Counted from the stretch's first letter, positions 39,939 through 51,713 are shown. The stretch is DNA of 64,000 bases from an uncultured delta proteobacterium (GCA_963808235.1 CAWEEQ010000004.1:2400001-2464000); one strand, 5' to 3'. The notes: generated by a model from the letters alone, not told the origin. A program made the numbers and translations.

Positions 39939-40802
39939 TCATTTGAGGTCGGCGAGGAACTCCAAAATTGCTCGATTGGTTTCTTCAGGCGCTTCATTCT
40001 GGGTCCAATGTCCGCAATCGATTCGCTTGACGGTGACTTTGGGCACGTAGTTCGCGATGGTGTCGGCCATCTCGGGACGCAGCACCGGGTCTTTCTCGGC
40101 GAGAATCATCAGGGCCGGAGTCATGACCTTGCGGCCGGCGTGATCGGCGGTGATTTCCCAGTTGTGATCGAAGTTGCGGTAGTACTCGAGGGCGGGAGTG
40201 ATTCCGCCGGGGCCGCGAAATCCGTCGGCAAAGACTTTCAAGTCGGCGTCGGTGAAGACGTCCTTGCGCGACGAATTGTTGATGAAGGCGTTGCGGATGA
40301 AGCCGTCGATGTCGGGCTCGATCATCGCTTCGGCGTCGCCGCGCTTTTGGAAAAATCGGATGTAGTCGAAGCGCTTGTCGGTCATCAGCTCGAGTGGACG
40401 CTTGGGAAGACGCGGCATGAACGACACGTTGAGCGCGATCAATCGCGAAAGAGCCGCGGGATATTCGAGCGCGAAGCTCCATAGGATGATCGCGCCCCAA
40501 TCATGCCCGGCGACAACGGCCTGCTCGCATCCGTAGGCGCGAATCAGACCCATCACGTCGGCGCATAGGGTCTTGATGTCGTAGGGACCCTTGCGCTCGG
40601 TCAAATTGTAGCCGCGCAAGTCGGGCGCGACGACTTTGAAGCGGGCGCCGAGCGGCGCCATCTGATGACGCCATGAATAGTGGTTCTCGGGAAATCCGTG
40701 CAGGAGCAGAACGAGAGGCCCCTCGCCCTGCGTGATGCAATGAAAGCGAATCCCGTTGGCGCTTACGTACTCATGCTTCCAGGTCTCGGCGACGTTCGGC
40801 AT
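39939..40802 (-). CDS. Alpha/beta epoxide hydrolase-like protein
   Basis: LLHGFPE, PDLRGY, GHDWGA, GHWTQNEAP. Confidence 0.92.
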   Translation of the reverse strand: MPNVAETWKHEYVSANGIRFHCITQGEGPLVLLLHGFPENHYSWRHQMAPLGARFKVVAPDLRGYNLTERKGPYDIKTLCADVMGLIRAYGCEQAVVAGHDWGAIILWSFALEYPAALSRLIALNVSFMPRLPKRPLELMTDKRFDYIRFFQKRGDAEAMIEPDIDGFIRNAFINNSSRKDVFTDADLKVFADGFRGPGGITPALEYYRNFDHNWEITADHAGRKVMTPALMILAEKDPVLRPEMADTIANYVPKVTVKRIDCGHWTQNEAPEETNRAILEFLADLK

Positions 40803-40865
40803 CGGGAAAAATCAAAACCTCCATAGATGCGGAAGTCGCTATGTAAGCGCCGCGGCGCGAATCGA

Positions 40866-43800
40866 TCAAGCGCCCGGCTGTTTCGGCCCAGTCTGCGCTG
40901 TCCAGCCGCGCACGACGTCGCTCAACTCGCGCGCATGAATTATGTTGAGTCCGAAGCGAATCGGCAGCGAGCGGGGCAGCATCTCGACCGCCTCGCGTCC
41001 GCCGGGGCGCATCGCGATCCGGTCAAATAGGCGCGAAGAGACGGTCCTGCGCTGACCGCGGAGATGATTGTCGCTGTAAATCTTTACGATCATCTCGGAG
41101 CCGAGCCGCACCGCGTCGGACAGGTTCATCGAGTCGGCCGCGAACTGATCGAGACCCTGCTTGAGCGGGAACTGATCCGGATTCCACACCGCCACGGACC
41201 CGGCGCGCATCAGAGTCTCGATGCTCGGGGTGGTGAACGAGTAACCCCATCCGGCCAGCTTGGTGCTTGCAGTCGCGAGTTCCGAGGGATCGAGATTGCC
41301 CGCCTGCGCGCGCGCCTGCAGCGCCGCCTCGGTCCACACGCGGCGCACCCCGAATTCGGTCTTGGCCAGGTCGGCGAGGATCATGTCGTCGGTCCACAGC
41401 ACGTGACCGGGCATCGAGGCAATCGCGATGCTCTCGGCGCCGTTACGGCCGAAGAAGGCGATCAGCCGTTTGCGCCGATCATGATCGATCGAGGCGAGCA
41501 CCGAGCCGTCGCGCACGCGGCATACTGACTGCAATTCGTCAGCGAGACTCTTCAACTGAACGTCCACCCGTTTGCCGTCGCCGGCGTTTCCGAGCGCTGC
41601 GGAGAATCCCGGCGGCAGCCGGAGCAGCGTGTCGTCAAACGCCAGGCGCCGCAGTTCGGCAAGCGTGGACTGCGAAATGACGAACTGGCGCGGCCAGGTC
41701 GGCAACAAGTTGAGGCGTCCGAGCATGCACAGGGTCGCGATCGCGGTGAGGTCGAGCACGATCGCATTGGCACGCTCGAAGGCTCCCAGAGCGGCCTCGA
41801 GTTCCTCGGTCGTGCCGGTGCAGCATTTGATCGGCGCATCGGGGCTTTGGGCGAGGATAAAGAGGGTCTGCAAGTCGTTCAGGTTGATGCGCTCCGCGAC
41901 CGCATGGATCGGCACCGGCTTGCTCGCGTAGATCCGTTCGGCGTGCTTCAGGAACGTCCTCGCGCTTGCCGCTGCCGTTGCCGTTTCCATTTCCACTGGT
42001 CGCTTCGAACATCTGCTCGAAGCTGTCGTTCATTTCATTCCACGGAATCGTTTCGGAACTCACCGGGCACATCTCGATTTCGGTTTCGCCGGGAAATCGC
42101 GCGTGAAATTTGCCCAGACAGTCGATGTAGCGCCACGCGTACTTGCTGGTGATCTGCTTCACGGTGGCGTATCTGCGGCTGAAGCGCCCCTCGGGCAACT
42201 GAAACCTGTCGCCGACCTTCTTGCCCTTGAGTGCTTTGATCATGGGGTGTTGCGGGCCGTACTCGTCACGAGCTTCGTCGGCGTCGTTTCCCTCTTCGAG
42301 AACGATCCATCGTTCGGCGGTCGAATTGTCCTCGACGAAACTGAGCGCAGCGCCGGGCCCTGCGGTTTCGAAGTCCGGCACGTGCGGCATCGGGCCAATC
42401 GGTCCGAGTGCGGCCAGGTAGGCGCGATGCGAATCGACGCTGGCATTCTGCCGGCGCAGGAGATCGTAGGCGTAGACGAGCGCCTCATTGGCGCGGCCAC
42501 CGTCGCGCATGAACTGCACGGCAGCGCGGCCGAGTGCGGGCGGAATGTCGCGCGACGACGGCATCGCATTGGGATCGGCAACGACCAGATCCACCTTGCC
42601 GAGCCGCGCGGCAATGATCGAGCGGCGGAGTTTGAGCACGCGGTCATCAGGATGTTCTTGCAGAATTTTACCGATTGCCGCGAGCGCGGCCTCGGGGTCG
42701 TTGCGCTCGAGCTTGTCGAGTTGGCTCTTGGCGTCGCCCGTGCCGGCGCCCTGCTCAGGATGAAGTTGGCGCGCGATGTCGACGACTATATCTTCGCGGC
42801 CGAGACGGCTTGCGCAATCGAGCAGGCGGCGGGTATCGGTTCCAGTGGTGCCAATCGGCGCCAGCACCTGCCATAGCGCAAGCGCGTCGCGATAGCGGCC
42901 GAGATCGTGGAGGAGTGCGGCGAGCTTGCGGCGATGGTCGGCGCCGGTGTCTGGCGTGAGCATCGACAGAGCCTCATCGGCGAACTTCGAGGCCTGATCG
43001 AACTTGCCCTGGGTCAGACGAAGATTTGCACGCAGGGTCAGCATGGTGACCGCGGGCAAGCGCGGGTCGTCGATCGATGTGAGCAGCACGTCGGCCTCAT
43101 GGTAGCGCTCGAGTGCGGCCAGCGCTTCGGCGGTGACGGCAACCGCGAACGGAAAATCGCCGGCGGGAATGGATTCGGGGCGCGCAATCGAGTGAATGAG
43201 AAGCTCGGTCGCCTCCTGCAAGTCGCCGGGATCGTCGCGCTCGCGCAGGGTGACCGCGAGATGATAGTCGGCGTCGTCGCGCCCGCCGACCGACGCCGCG
43301 CGGCGCAGCATCTCGATCGCCTCGTTCAGGCCGCCGCGCGAGCGCAGCACGATTCCATACTCGCACAGGCCGTTAGCGTCCTCGCGCTCGAGCCCATGCG
43401 CCTGTTCGATATCCTTGCCGGCGCCGTCGGTGTCGCGCAGCGCAATGCGCGCCTGGGCGCGGCCGATCAGCGCCTGCACTTCGCTCGAGGCCAGCCCTTC
43501 GCTTTGCGCAAAGGTGAGCGCCTGGGTGAAGCAGGTCTCGCTTTCGCGCACACGGCCGTTGTCGGTTTGCGCGGGCGCCTCGGTCGCGCCGGGGCCTGCC
43601 GCTTCGAGCTCGCCGAGCAGGATAGCCTGCCCGAGCACGAGCCACGGGATCGAACTGTTGGGCAACGCGGCGCTCGCCAGACGCGCATAGTGCTCGGCAC
43701 GATCGTAGTGGGTGTCGAGCAACGCGCGCCGGGCCATGACGACCGCGACTTCGGGATCGGTAGAGAGTTCAGGCGCGACGTTTTCTTCGAGCGACCCGGC

Positions 43801-44709
43801 GTCGAGCGATCGGGGTGCGTTGTTCAGCCACAACGCGACCGCGCGGGCGCTATTCGGAAACTGCATGCGGAGGCGGTCAGCCAGTGCGAAGGCGCGATCG
43901 CGCTCGCCAAGGAGTTCGTGCGCAAGCGCCTCATTGGTGCAGGCGTTTTCCTCGCCCGGCTGGAGCGATTTGGCCGCGATGAAGAGCATCGCAGCCTTGC
44001 GCGCCTCGCCTTCCTTCAGCCACGCGACGCCGAGATACGACAGCACTCGAAACTTGTCGGGGTTCGAAAGTTGTGACCACCTCTGCTCGCGAATCCTGAG
44101 CAGCCCGAGACGACCGAGCTGATACTGGCGGTTTTCCAGAAAAGCCGCGGCGGTGGAGATCTCCTCTCCCAGGGTATCTGAAGGTCCCCCCGCCGCGGGC
44201 TCGCATCGCGCCTCAAGATGAACCACCGCGTCGGCGCGGGTCAGGGCCTGGCGCTTCGCGGCGGTTCCGAAATCAGTAAGGATCTGAGGATACTCGTCCA
44301 GCAGCTCTTCTATATCTTCCCAGGTCAGAACTTCGATCGCCGAGATTCCACCACTGCGGTTGGCGCGGTTGAGATCGAATAGCGAGCGCTGCAAGCCGTT
44401 GGGCTTGGCGGCCGTCGTCGCGATCACGAAGCGTCCGATAGGCAGCTTCAGGCTCGCGGCGTGGTCAACAGCAGCCTTGATCTCGGCTACGGTGAGTTCG
44501 CTACGTGACTCGCGCAGCTCGCACTTGACCGCGGCGAGTCGCGGGCGTCCGCTGATCTCGATCAGGTTGATGCCCTTCGCGGCGAGTTCCGGATCGCGGA
44601 AACGCTCGAGCGAGGGCAATTGCCAATGCCGCCGCAGCAGCTTCAGACAGAGTCTTTGGAACTCGTCGGAGCTCCGCGGGAGAGGATATTCCGGGGCGAA
44701 TGTAGCCAT
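40866..44709 (-). CDS. REase-like (degenerate)-TPR-GreAB-C-PIN protein, ~1,280 aa, frameshift near 41953
   Basis: N-terminal Mrr-like fold (EFQRLC..GINL..KCE..LT.AEI..FVIATTA..WEDI); many TPR helices; HPMIKALKGKKVGDRF GreA/B C-like; C-terminal IVLDLT..SQSTLAEL..LWTDD PIN. Confidence 0.85.
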
Positions 44710-44819
44710 AGTGTAGAGTTTGATAACATAGTGGCGGGTCTCAAGGAAGGCCCCAAACGGACCCATCACTTTCGGCGTTCGAAGAGCGCTGATAAGATGA
44801 CTTTTCCACGTTTTTCGCC

Positions 44820-46816
44820 ATGCTTAGTCTCGACAATCTCTCCAAGTCTTACGGGGATCGCAAGATTCTGGACGGCGTCAGCTGGTCGATGGCCGACGAC
44901 GCGCGGGTCGGGCTGGTCGGACTGAACGGCGCTGGCAAATCGACGCTGCTCAAGATGGTGGCGGAAGTGCTCCCGCTCGACTCGGGCCGAATCACGCGTC
45001 CGCAGCGGAGCCGGGTCGGATACCTGGCGCAAGATGCGCCCGAGATGGGTGGGCGCTCGGTGCTGCGCGAGACGCTGGCGGCGCTCGAGCGGATGCAAGC
45101 GCTCGACGTGCGGCGCAAGGAAGTAGAGGAGATACTCGCGCACGAACATTCGGGACCGACGCACGACGCGGCACTCGAAGAACTCGGCGAGGTGCTGACC
45201 GAACTGGAGCATCATGATTTCTACAGCGCCGAGAGCCGCGCCACGTCTGTGCTGTTCGGGCTCGGGTTCACCGAGGCGGACCTGATGCGCGACGTCGCGG
45301 AATTCTCGGGCGGAATCCGGATGCGAATCGCGCTGGCGAAGCTGCTGCTCGACGCGCCGGAGTTCATGATGCTCGACGAGCCGACCAATCATCTGGATAT
45401 CGAAGCGCGCAACTGGCTCGAGGATTTCCTGTGCGCGTACCAGGGCGGGATCGTGCTGGTCTCGCACGATCGCTACTTCCTCGATCGCGTGACCACGCGC
45501 ACGGTCGAGGTCTCGCGCGGACGGCTGACCGAATATGTCGGCGGATACTCGCGCTACCTGGTCGCACGCGAGGAACGCTATGCGCTCGAGATGGCGGCGT
45601 ACGAGCGGCAGCGCCTCGAGATCGAACACATCGAGAGTTTCATCAGCCGCTTCCGCTACCAAGCGAGCAAGGCGCGGTTGGTGCAGAGCCGCATCAAGCA
45701 ACTGGAAAAGGTGGAACGGCTCGAGCCGCCGGAGGGCTCGCAGAAGCCGCCGGCGATTTCGTTTCCGCGCTGCGAGCGCAGCACGCGGCGGGTTTTCGAG
45801 CTCAAGGGCGCGGTCAAGAAGTATGGCTCGCTCACGGTTTACGACGGCGTCGATCTGACGATTGAGCGCGGCGCGCGAATCGCGTTGGTCGGTCCAAACG
45901 GATCGGGAAAATCCACCATGATGAAGCTGCTTGCGGGGGTCGAACCGATGACGGGCGGCGAGCGAATCGTCGGGGCGAGCGTGCAAGCGGGATACTTTGC
46001 GCAGAATCTCGCCGAGTCGCTCAACTATGAAACGACCGTGCTCGACGAACTGAGCGCGAGCACCGCGGGCCGCACGATGGGCGAGATTCGCGCGCTGCTG
46101 GGCGCGATGCTGTTTTCCGGCGACAACGTCTACAAACGCGTCAGCGTGCTCTCGGGCGGGGAGCGCGCGCGCCTGGCGCTGGCCAAAGTGCTCGCGCGGC
46201 CGAGCAACTGCCTGCTGCTCGACGAGCCGACCAACAACCTCGACATCGTGGCGAAGGACACTCTGCTCGACGCGTTGCGGCGTTTCCCGGGCACCGTGAT
46301 CATCGTGAGTCACGATCGTTTCATTTTGAATGAACTGGTGAACGAGGTGCTCGAAGTCGGCCAGGGGCACGCGATTCGGTACCTCGGCAACTACGACGAT
46401 TACCTCGCGAAGAAGGCTGCGATGGAAGCCGATGATGTGGCTGCGTCGAAGCCGGCGACCTCGCCGCATACGCACGAACTGCGCGGCACCAACGGGCAGG
46501 TGACGCATCCGAAGAATGCGGACCGGGCGAAAAGCGGGAAATCCAGGCACGTCGAGCCGTCGAACGACGATCGCGACGCAATCCGCAAGCGGGAACGAGC
46601 GTTGCGCGTCAGCGGAGTCAGATCGAAAAGCAGATCGAGGAGAAGGAAACCGAACGCGCCGCGCTCTCGACCGAGATGAACGACCCCAACTTCTATCTCG
46701 CGCGGAAAGATGCCGACGACTTGATTGCGCGCTACGAACTGCTCGGCCGCGAGATCGAAACGCTCTACGCCGACCTGGTCAAATTCGACACGCCCGCGGC
46801 GGCCTCGAACAACTAG
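44820..46816 (+). CDS. ABC-F family ATP-binding protein (Uup/YheS-like), frameshift near 46610
   Basis: Two Walker A (GLNGAGKST, GPNGSGKST), FSGG/LSGG, LDEPTNHLD; C-terminal coiled coil (QIEEKE..MNDPNFY) in the next frame to TAG 46816. Confidence 0.93.
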
Positions 46817-46822
46817 CGCTTC

Positions 46823-47974
46823 TCACTCCATGCCGCGGAAGAATTCGCGGACGTCGTCCGCGAGCAGTAGCGGCTCCTCCATCGCGGCGAAATGGCCGCC
46901 CTTGGGCATCACGGTCCAGCGCTTGATGTTGTACGCGCGCTCGGCCCAGTGGCGCGGCGGTCGCACCAGCTCGGCGGGGAACAGCGCGACTGCGGTGGGC
47001 GCTTCGATTCGAGTTCCCGGCTTTAGCCGCCATGGATGATGCCGCGCTTCGTAGTAGAGGCGCGTCGAAGAATTGATCGTCTGCGTCACCCAGTAGATCG
47101 TCACGTTGGTCAGCAACCGATCTTTGCTGAAGCGCGTCTCAACGTCGCCGTGACAGTCGCTCCAGGAGCGGAACTTCTCGACGATCCACGCGGCGAGTCC
47201 GGCCGGCGAATCGTTCAGGCCGTAGGCGAGCGTCTGCGGCTTGGTCCCCTGAATCCACTGGTAGCCGGTCTCGGCGGTGCGGAACTTTTCCAGGTCGCCG
47301 AGAAAGACCTTCTCTTCGGGCGTTAGCTCGGGTGCGCTGCGGCCTTCGGCCGGGCCGATCGCGATCATGTTGACATGAATGCCGTGAACGCTCGCGGCGT
47401 GAGTCTCACCGATTCGCGAGGTGATCGCGGCGCCCCAATCTCCGCCCTGCACCGCGTAGCGCGAGTAGCCGAGCGTCTCGGTCATCAGCTTGTGAAAGAT
47501 CTCGGCCATCGCCTGGATATTCATCGCTCGTGCGCGCGGATGATCCGAAAAGCCGTAGCCGGGCAGCGACGGAGCGATCACCGTGAATGCATCCTTCGCG
47601 TCACCGCCGTGCGCGGCGGGATCGGTGAGCATCGGGATGATGTCCATGAACTCGTAGATCGAGCCGGGCCAGCCGTGGAGCAGGAGCAGCGGCTTGGGCG
47701 CGGGACCGTTGCCTTTTTCGTGGATGAAATGGATTCCGATTCCATCGACAGTCGTTTTGAAATGCGCGAAGCGATTGATCTGGCGTTCATTCGCGCGCCA
47801 GTCGTAGCTGGTGCGCCAGTACTCGACCAGTTCCTTCAAATAAGCGAGATTCGTCCCATACTCCCATCCAGTATCCGGAACTTCGTCGGGAAATCGCGTG
47901 CGCGCGAGCCGCTCCTTCAAGTCGGCAAGGACCTGCTCTGACACCTCGACTTTGAACGGTTCGATATGAGCCAT
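46823..47974 (-). CDS. Epoxide hydrolase (EHN-type)
   Basis: DLKERLARTRFP, LHGWPGS, QGGDWGA, DSPAGLAAWI, GGHFAAMEEP. Confidence 0.95.
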   Translation of the reverse strand: MAHIEPFKVEVSEQVLADLKERLARTRFPDEVPDTGWEYGTNLAYLKELVEYWRTSYDWRANERQINRFAHFKTTVDGIGIHFIHEKGNGPAPKPLLLLHGWPGSIYEFMDIIPMLTDPAAHGGDAKDAFTVIAPSLPGYGFSDHPRARAMNIQAMAEIFHKLMTETLGYSRYAVQGGDWGAAITSRIGETHAASVHGIHVNMIAIGPAEGRSAPELTPEEKVFLGDLEKFRTAETGYQWIQGTKPQTLAYGLNDSPAGLAAWIVEKFRSWSDCHGDVETRFSKDRLLTNVTIYWVTQTINSSTRLYYEARHHPWRLKPGTRIEAPTAVALFPAELVRPPRHWAERAYNIKRWTVMPKGGHFAAMEEPLLLADDVREFFRGME

Positions 47975-48019
47975 GACGCCCGCTCCTGGAGCAGTCTTTA
48001 ATCTTTGGCAGTCTTTATC

Positions 48020-49234
48020 TCAGAGCAGGCCAGCGCCGGTGCCGGCGCGAGTGCTGCCGTCGCGCTTAAATGCCTCGATCACGTGACGCGCGATTTGCGT
48101 CATGTGGACTTCGTCGGCGCCGTCGACCAGGCGCGCCGAACGCGCGTGACGAAGCATCGATTCGAGCGGCGTGTCGGTCGAGTAGCCGAGTGCGCCATGC
48201 ACCTGGATTGCACGGTCGGTGATCTTCCAGAGCATGTTGGCGACGTGATGCTTCGCCATCGAGACTTCCTGTTTGAATGGGAGCTTGTTCTCGATCAGAT
48301 ACGCGGCATGCAGGACCATCAGCTTCGCCGTGTACAGCTCCATCGCGGACTCGCTCATCATGAACTGGATCGCCTGCTTGTCGACCAGGAAACCACCTTG
48401 CACGCGGCGCTCCATCGCACGCTTGACAAGCATCTCGAGCGCGACCTCCGCACTTCCAATCCATCGCATGCAATGCGCGAGGCGCGCGGGACCGAGCCGC
48501 ACCTGACCGAGGGTATGCCCCTGGCCGCGCGGGCCAAGCATCGCGTCGGCGGGCACGACGCAATTCTCGAACATGATCTCGCAGTGATTTCCCTTGCCGG
48601 CCATGGTGTCGATATCGCGGACGATTCGAAATCCCGGATTGGGCAGATCGACGATGAAGGCGGAGTTGCGCGCCTGCGGAGGATCGGCGTCGGGATCGGT
48701 CTTGGCGATGACGATCGCGAACTTGGCGCCGTGCGCGCCCGAGATGAACCACTTGTGCCCGTTGATTACCCAGTTGTCGCCCTGCTTGACCGCCGAGGTT
48801 TTGATCTGAGTTGGGTCGGAACCCGCGGCCTCCGGCTCGGTCATCGCGAAGCACGATCTGATCTTGCCGTCGCATAGCGGGCGCAGATACTTTTCTTTCT
48901 GCGCGGGGGTCGCGAAGTGCAGCATCGTGTGCATGTTGCCCTCGTCGGGCGCCTGCACGTTCAGGATGAATGACGCGAGCCGGGTGCGGCCGCATTCCGC
49001 GGAGATCACGGCGATCGCCATCGCATCGAGTCCGAGTCCACCGAACTCCTTTGGCATATGCGGCAGCCAGAGTCCGCGTTGCTTAGCCTTGCGCCGCAGC
49101 TCGATGATTCCCTCGCGCCAGTTACCGGTCTTCGCCATCTCGGCTTCGGCCGGTTCGATTTCCTCTTTGATGAAGGCGCGGACCTTGTCGCGGATTTCAT
49201 GCACATGCGCGGGCATCGTAAAGTCGATTGCCAT
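48020..49234 (-). CDS. Acyl-CoA dehydrogenase
   Basis: APDEGNM, FAMTEP, INGHKWFISGA, AIQVHGALG, DGADEVH. Confidence 0.95.
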   Translation of the reverse strand: MAIDFTMPAHVHEIRDKVRAFIKEEIEPAEAEMAKTGNWREGIIELRRKAKQRGLWLPHMPKEFGGLGLDAMAIAVISAECGRTRLASFILNVQAPDEGNMHTMLHFATPAQKEKYLRPLCDGKIRSCFAMTEPEAAGSDPTQIKTSAVKQGDNWVINGHKWFISGAHGAKFAIVIAKTDPDADPPQARNSAFIVDLPNPGFRIVRDIDTMAGKGNHCEIMFENCVVPADAMLGPRGQGHTLGQVRLGPARLAHCMRWIGSAEVALEMLVKRAMERRVQGGFLVDKQAIQFMMSESAMELYTAKLMVLHAAYLIENKLPFKQEVSMAKHHVANMLWKITDRAIQVHGALGYSTDTPLESMLRHARSARLVDGADEVHMTQIARHVIEAFKRDGSTRAGTGAGLL

Positions 49235-49379
49235 CTGAGTTACCTCGGAGCTTAAAGTCGGTTTCTTGATTAAGCCCAAGTGCTACAGGGAAAGGGCTTT
49301 GGGCGTCAACCACGAATCGGCGCAAGCGATCGATCAGAAATGATCAAAGATCCGATGCAGCTCTGCGCGCAGGACCGCA

Positions 49380-49811
49380 CTACTTCTTCGCGAGCGCTTC
49401 TTTGGCGAGTTCGCTTGCGGCTTTACCGTCCAGGCTCGGGCCGAACTTGTCGCGCAGCGCCTTCATGATGGGGCCCATCTGGGATGCGCCCGCGGCGATT
49501 GCGGTCTGGATTTCGGCGCGGACGTCGTCGGGAGAGGTGGTCGCGGGCAGATATGACTCGAGGATTTTGGCCTCGGTCTCGTTTTGGTCGATCAGATCCT
49601 GGCGAGCTGCTTTGCGCGCGAATTCGAGCGTCTCTTCGCGCTTGGCGCGTTCGCGTTTGATGATCTGCAGGATCTCGGCGTCATTGGGATCGCGGCGGAC
49701 GTCTTTCTCGAGGCGCGACATTTCGGAAAGCACGCCGCGCAGCGTCATGGTGCGGAGTTTGTCGCCGCTTTTCATCGCGGCCTTCAAGTCATCTTGAATC
49801 CTGGTCTTCAC
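49380..49811 (-). CDS. GatB/YqeY domain protein
   Basis: DLKAAMKSGDK.R..TLR, ILESYLP, MGPIMK, DGK. Confidence 0.92.
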   Translation of the reverse strand: MKTRIQDDLKAAMKSGDKLRTMTLRGVLSEMSRLEKDVRRDPNDAEILQIIKRERAKREETLEFARKAARQDLIDQNETEAKILESYLPATTSPDDVRAEIQTAIAAGASQMGPIMKALRDKFGPSLDGKAASELAKEALAKK

Positions 49812-49836
49812 AAAACTCGATGGTGCTCGATGCCGG

Positions 49837-50181
49837 CTAGCGAGACGACGCAGCCGGTGCGGGCTTTGCGACCGGCAGGATACCCTCTTCGGTGCTGGTT
49901 GAGAGCGGTTGACCGCCGCCGGTTGTCGTTGCCGGAGTGGCGCTGGCCTGCGCTGTGGAAGCCAGGCCGAGCGATCCCGCCTTGGCGAGACAATCCTTGG
50001 ACACGGAGTCGTAATAGGCCCATCCGAACGGTCCCCACCAGAAAGTGTCGGCTGCGCCGGACCATCGCCCGGTCATGCAGTCGCTGTAGGTCTTCTGCTG
50101 ATCGACCGTCATGATTGGCATCTGCTCCGAGCAACCAGCGACGGTCAACGCCAGCAGCGCTGTGAATACAATTCGACGCAC
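49837..50181 (-). CDS. Small lipoprotein, unknown function
   Basis: LTVAGC lipobox; YSDC..FWWGPFGWAYY..C; GTG start with GGGGA RBS (start uncertain). Confidence 0.65.
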   Translation of the reverse strand: MRRIVFTALLALTVAGCSEQMPIMTVDQQKTYSDCMTGRWSGAADTFWWGPFGWAYYDSVSKDCLAKAGSLGLASTAQASATPATTTGGGQPLSTSTEEGILPVAKPAPAASSR

Positions 50182-50242
50182 CAAAGTTCCCCCCGAGGCC
50201 GCGACCACTCCCGTCATTCGTTTAAGTACATCTTCGCGGTCA

Positions 50243-50767
50243 CTACTTCTTGGCGGCGGCCGCCGGCGTACCGCTATCGACATCTTCCCACTTGGGAGGT
50301 TCGATTTCGGTCCACTTGCTACCGTCGAGGCGGTAGCTGAAGACCAGCACCTTCTGCTTGCCCGTAGGCTTGCCCTTGCCTTCGCCGGTCTTGGAGGGCG
50401 TGTACTCGGCGGCCTGCAGCTTCGCGAGCACGGTCCACTTACCCGCCTTCATGGTGGGCATGTACATGAACTTGGCGTGTTCGAGATCGACGTACGGCTT
50501 GCCCGACGACTTCTTTTCGCTTTCGTCGTTCAAGTAGTTGTCGGACTCGCTGGCGATGGTGTCGGAGAGTTGCTGACGCTGCGCCGAGCCAATCGGATTC
50601 TCTTTGGCGGGACCCGATGCGCTCGGACCGGCGGGACCGCTGTTGGTATAAAGATCCTTCTTGACTTCGATCGCGCGCGCCGCAATTGGCGCGAGCAGCA
50701 CCCCCGCGATCAGACTCGTCACGATCAAGCCTGCCACCACCAGAGTACCACCTGGTTTCGCAACCAT
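50243..50767 (-). CDS. Secreted hypothetical protein
   Basis: GGAGGT RBS; signal peptide ending AARA; hydrophilic body. Confidence 0.7.
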   Translation of the reverse strand: MVAKPGGTLVVAGLIVTSLIAGVLLAPIAARAIEVKKDLYTNSGPAGPSASGPAKENPIGSAQRQQLSDTIASESDNYLNDESEKKSSGKPYVDLEHAKFMYMPTMKAGKWTVLAKLQAAEYTPSKTGEGKGKPTGKQKVLVFSYRLDGSKWTEIEPPKWEDVDSGTPAAAAKK

Positions 50768-50841
50768 ACGGCACACCTCCTCTTTGCGATTGGCGTTATA
50801 TCACCTCCGCGAGGGATTTTCACGATAGGGGCAACCGCCTG

Positions 50842-51678
50842 TCAGCGCGACGCACTGGCCTCGGTCAGGGAGAAGCGAATCGGGACCAGCACCCAGCTTT
50901 CGACCGGGGCATTGTCGCGCCGGGCCGGTACGAAGCGCCATCGGCGGCGCACGGTCTCGAGCGCACTGTCGTCGAGCGCGTCGAAGCCGGAGGACTCGGC
51001 AATCTCGGCGCGCTCGACGCTGCCGTCGGCGCCGACGAGCACGCGGATCGTCACAGTGCCTTGCTGGTCGCGGCGGCGCGCGGTCGAGGGATATACAGGC
51101 GGAGGATTGTTGCCGTAATCAGCGTGCGCGAGCGAGCTGCCGTTGCCCTCGCCGCCGGCGTCGGAGAGCCCTTGACCGCCTCCAGAGCCATCGCCAGCGT
51201 TTGCGGACGATTCGGTGTTGGAAGAACGCGAACCGGATTCGAGGCCCCGAGGATCCGCGCCCGGCGCTGATTTCGGAGCGGCGGCCGGCGCAAGGCTCGC
51301 GAGTTTCGCATCCGGACGTTTCGCTTCATGCTCATGATCGCTGCGGCTGGCGGCGACCGAACGACGAACCGGTCTGTGCGAGTGTGGACGTTCGGGGATC
51401 AACAACGGACCCGGCTCCGAGCGAATCGGAATAGCCGGAATCGCGCCGCCTCCAGCCGAGGTCGAGCGGCCGATCGAACCGTCGCCCACTTCGACCAGGT
51501 AGGCGAGGACGAAACCGCTGTGGGGTTTGGCAAGTGCGGGCGCGAAGTAGATGAGCGCGGCGAATGCGGCGGCATGGGCGGCGATCGAGACGGCGAACGA
51601 GGTGGCGTGCGAGCCGGCGCGCGTCGATCCAGATCGCGCGTCATTCGTCAGCTGAGATTTGTCTTGCCCGTCTTCCAA
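50842..51678 (-). CDS. tonB: Energy transducer TonB
   Basis: TM with SxxxH (SIAAH); low-complexity linker; PVYPSTARR..QGTV..SSGFDALDDSA..WRFVPA..PIRF; TTG start approximate. Confidence 0.88.
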   Translation of the reverse strand: MEDGQDKSQLTNDARSGSTRAGSHATSFAVSIAAHAAAFAALIYFAPALAKPHSGFVLAYLVEVGDGSIGRSTSAGGGAIPAIPIRSEPGPLLIPERPHSHRPVRRSVAASRSDHEHEAKRPDAKLASLAPAAAPKSAPGADPRGLESGSRSSNTESSANAGDGSGGGQGLSDAGGEGNGSSLAHADYGNNPPPVYPSTARRRDQQGTVTIRVLVGADGSVERAEIAESSGFDALDDSALETVRRRWRFVPARRDNAPVESWVLVPIRFSLTEASASR

Positions 51679-51713
51679 CTTTCCACCGTCGCCGGGCCGA
51701 GACTTCGCGGATT

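Noticed and set aside
41940-41970. Programmed frameshift separating PIN from the TPR protein
   Set aside because: No slippery heptamer; the same GTTC-for-GTC pattern appears at 62350, consistent with a systematic sequencing error
44766-46550. 594-aa minus-strand ORF
   Set aside because: Antisense shadow of the ABC-F gene
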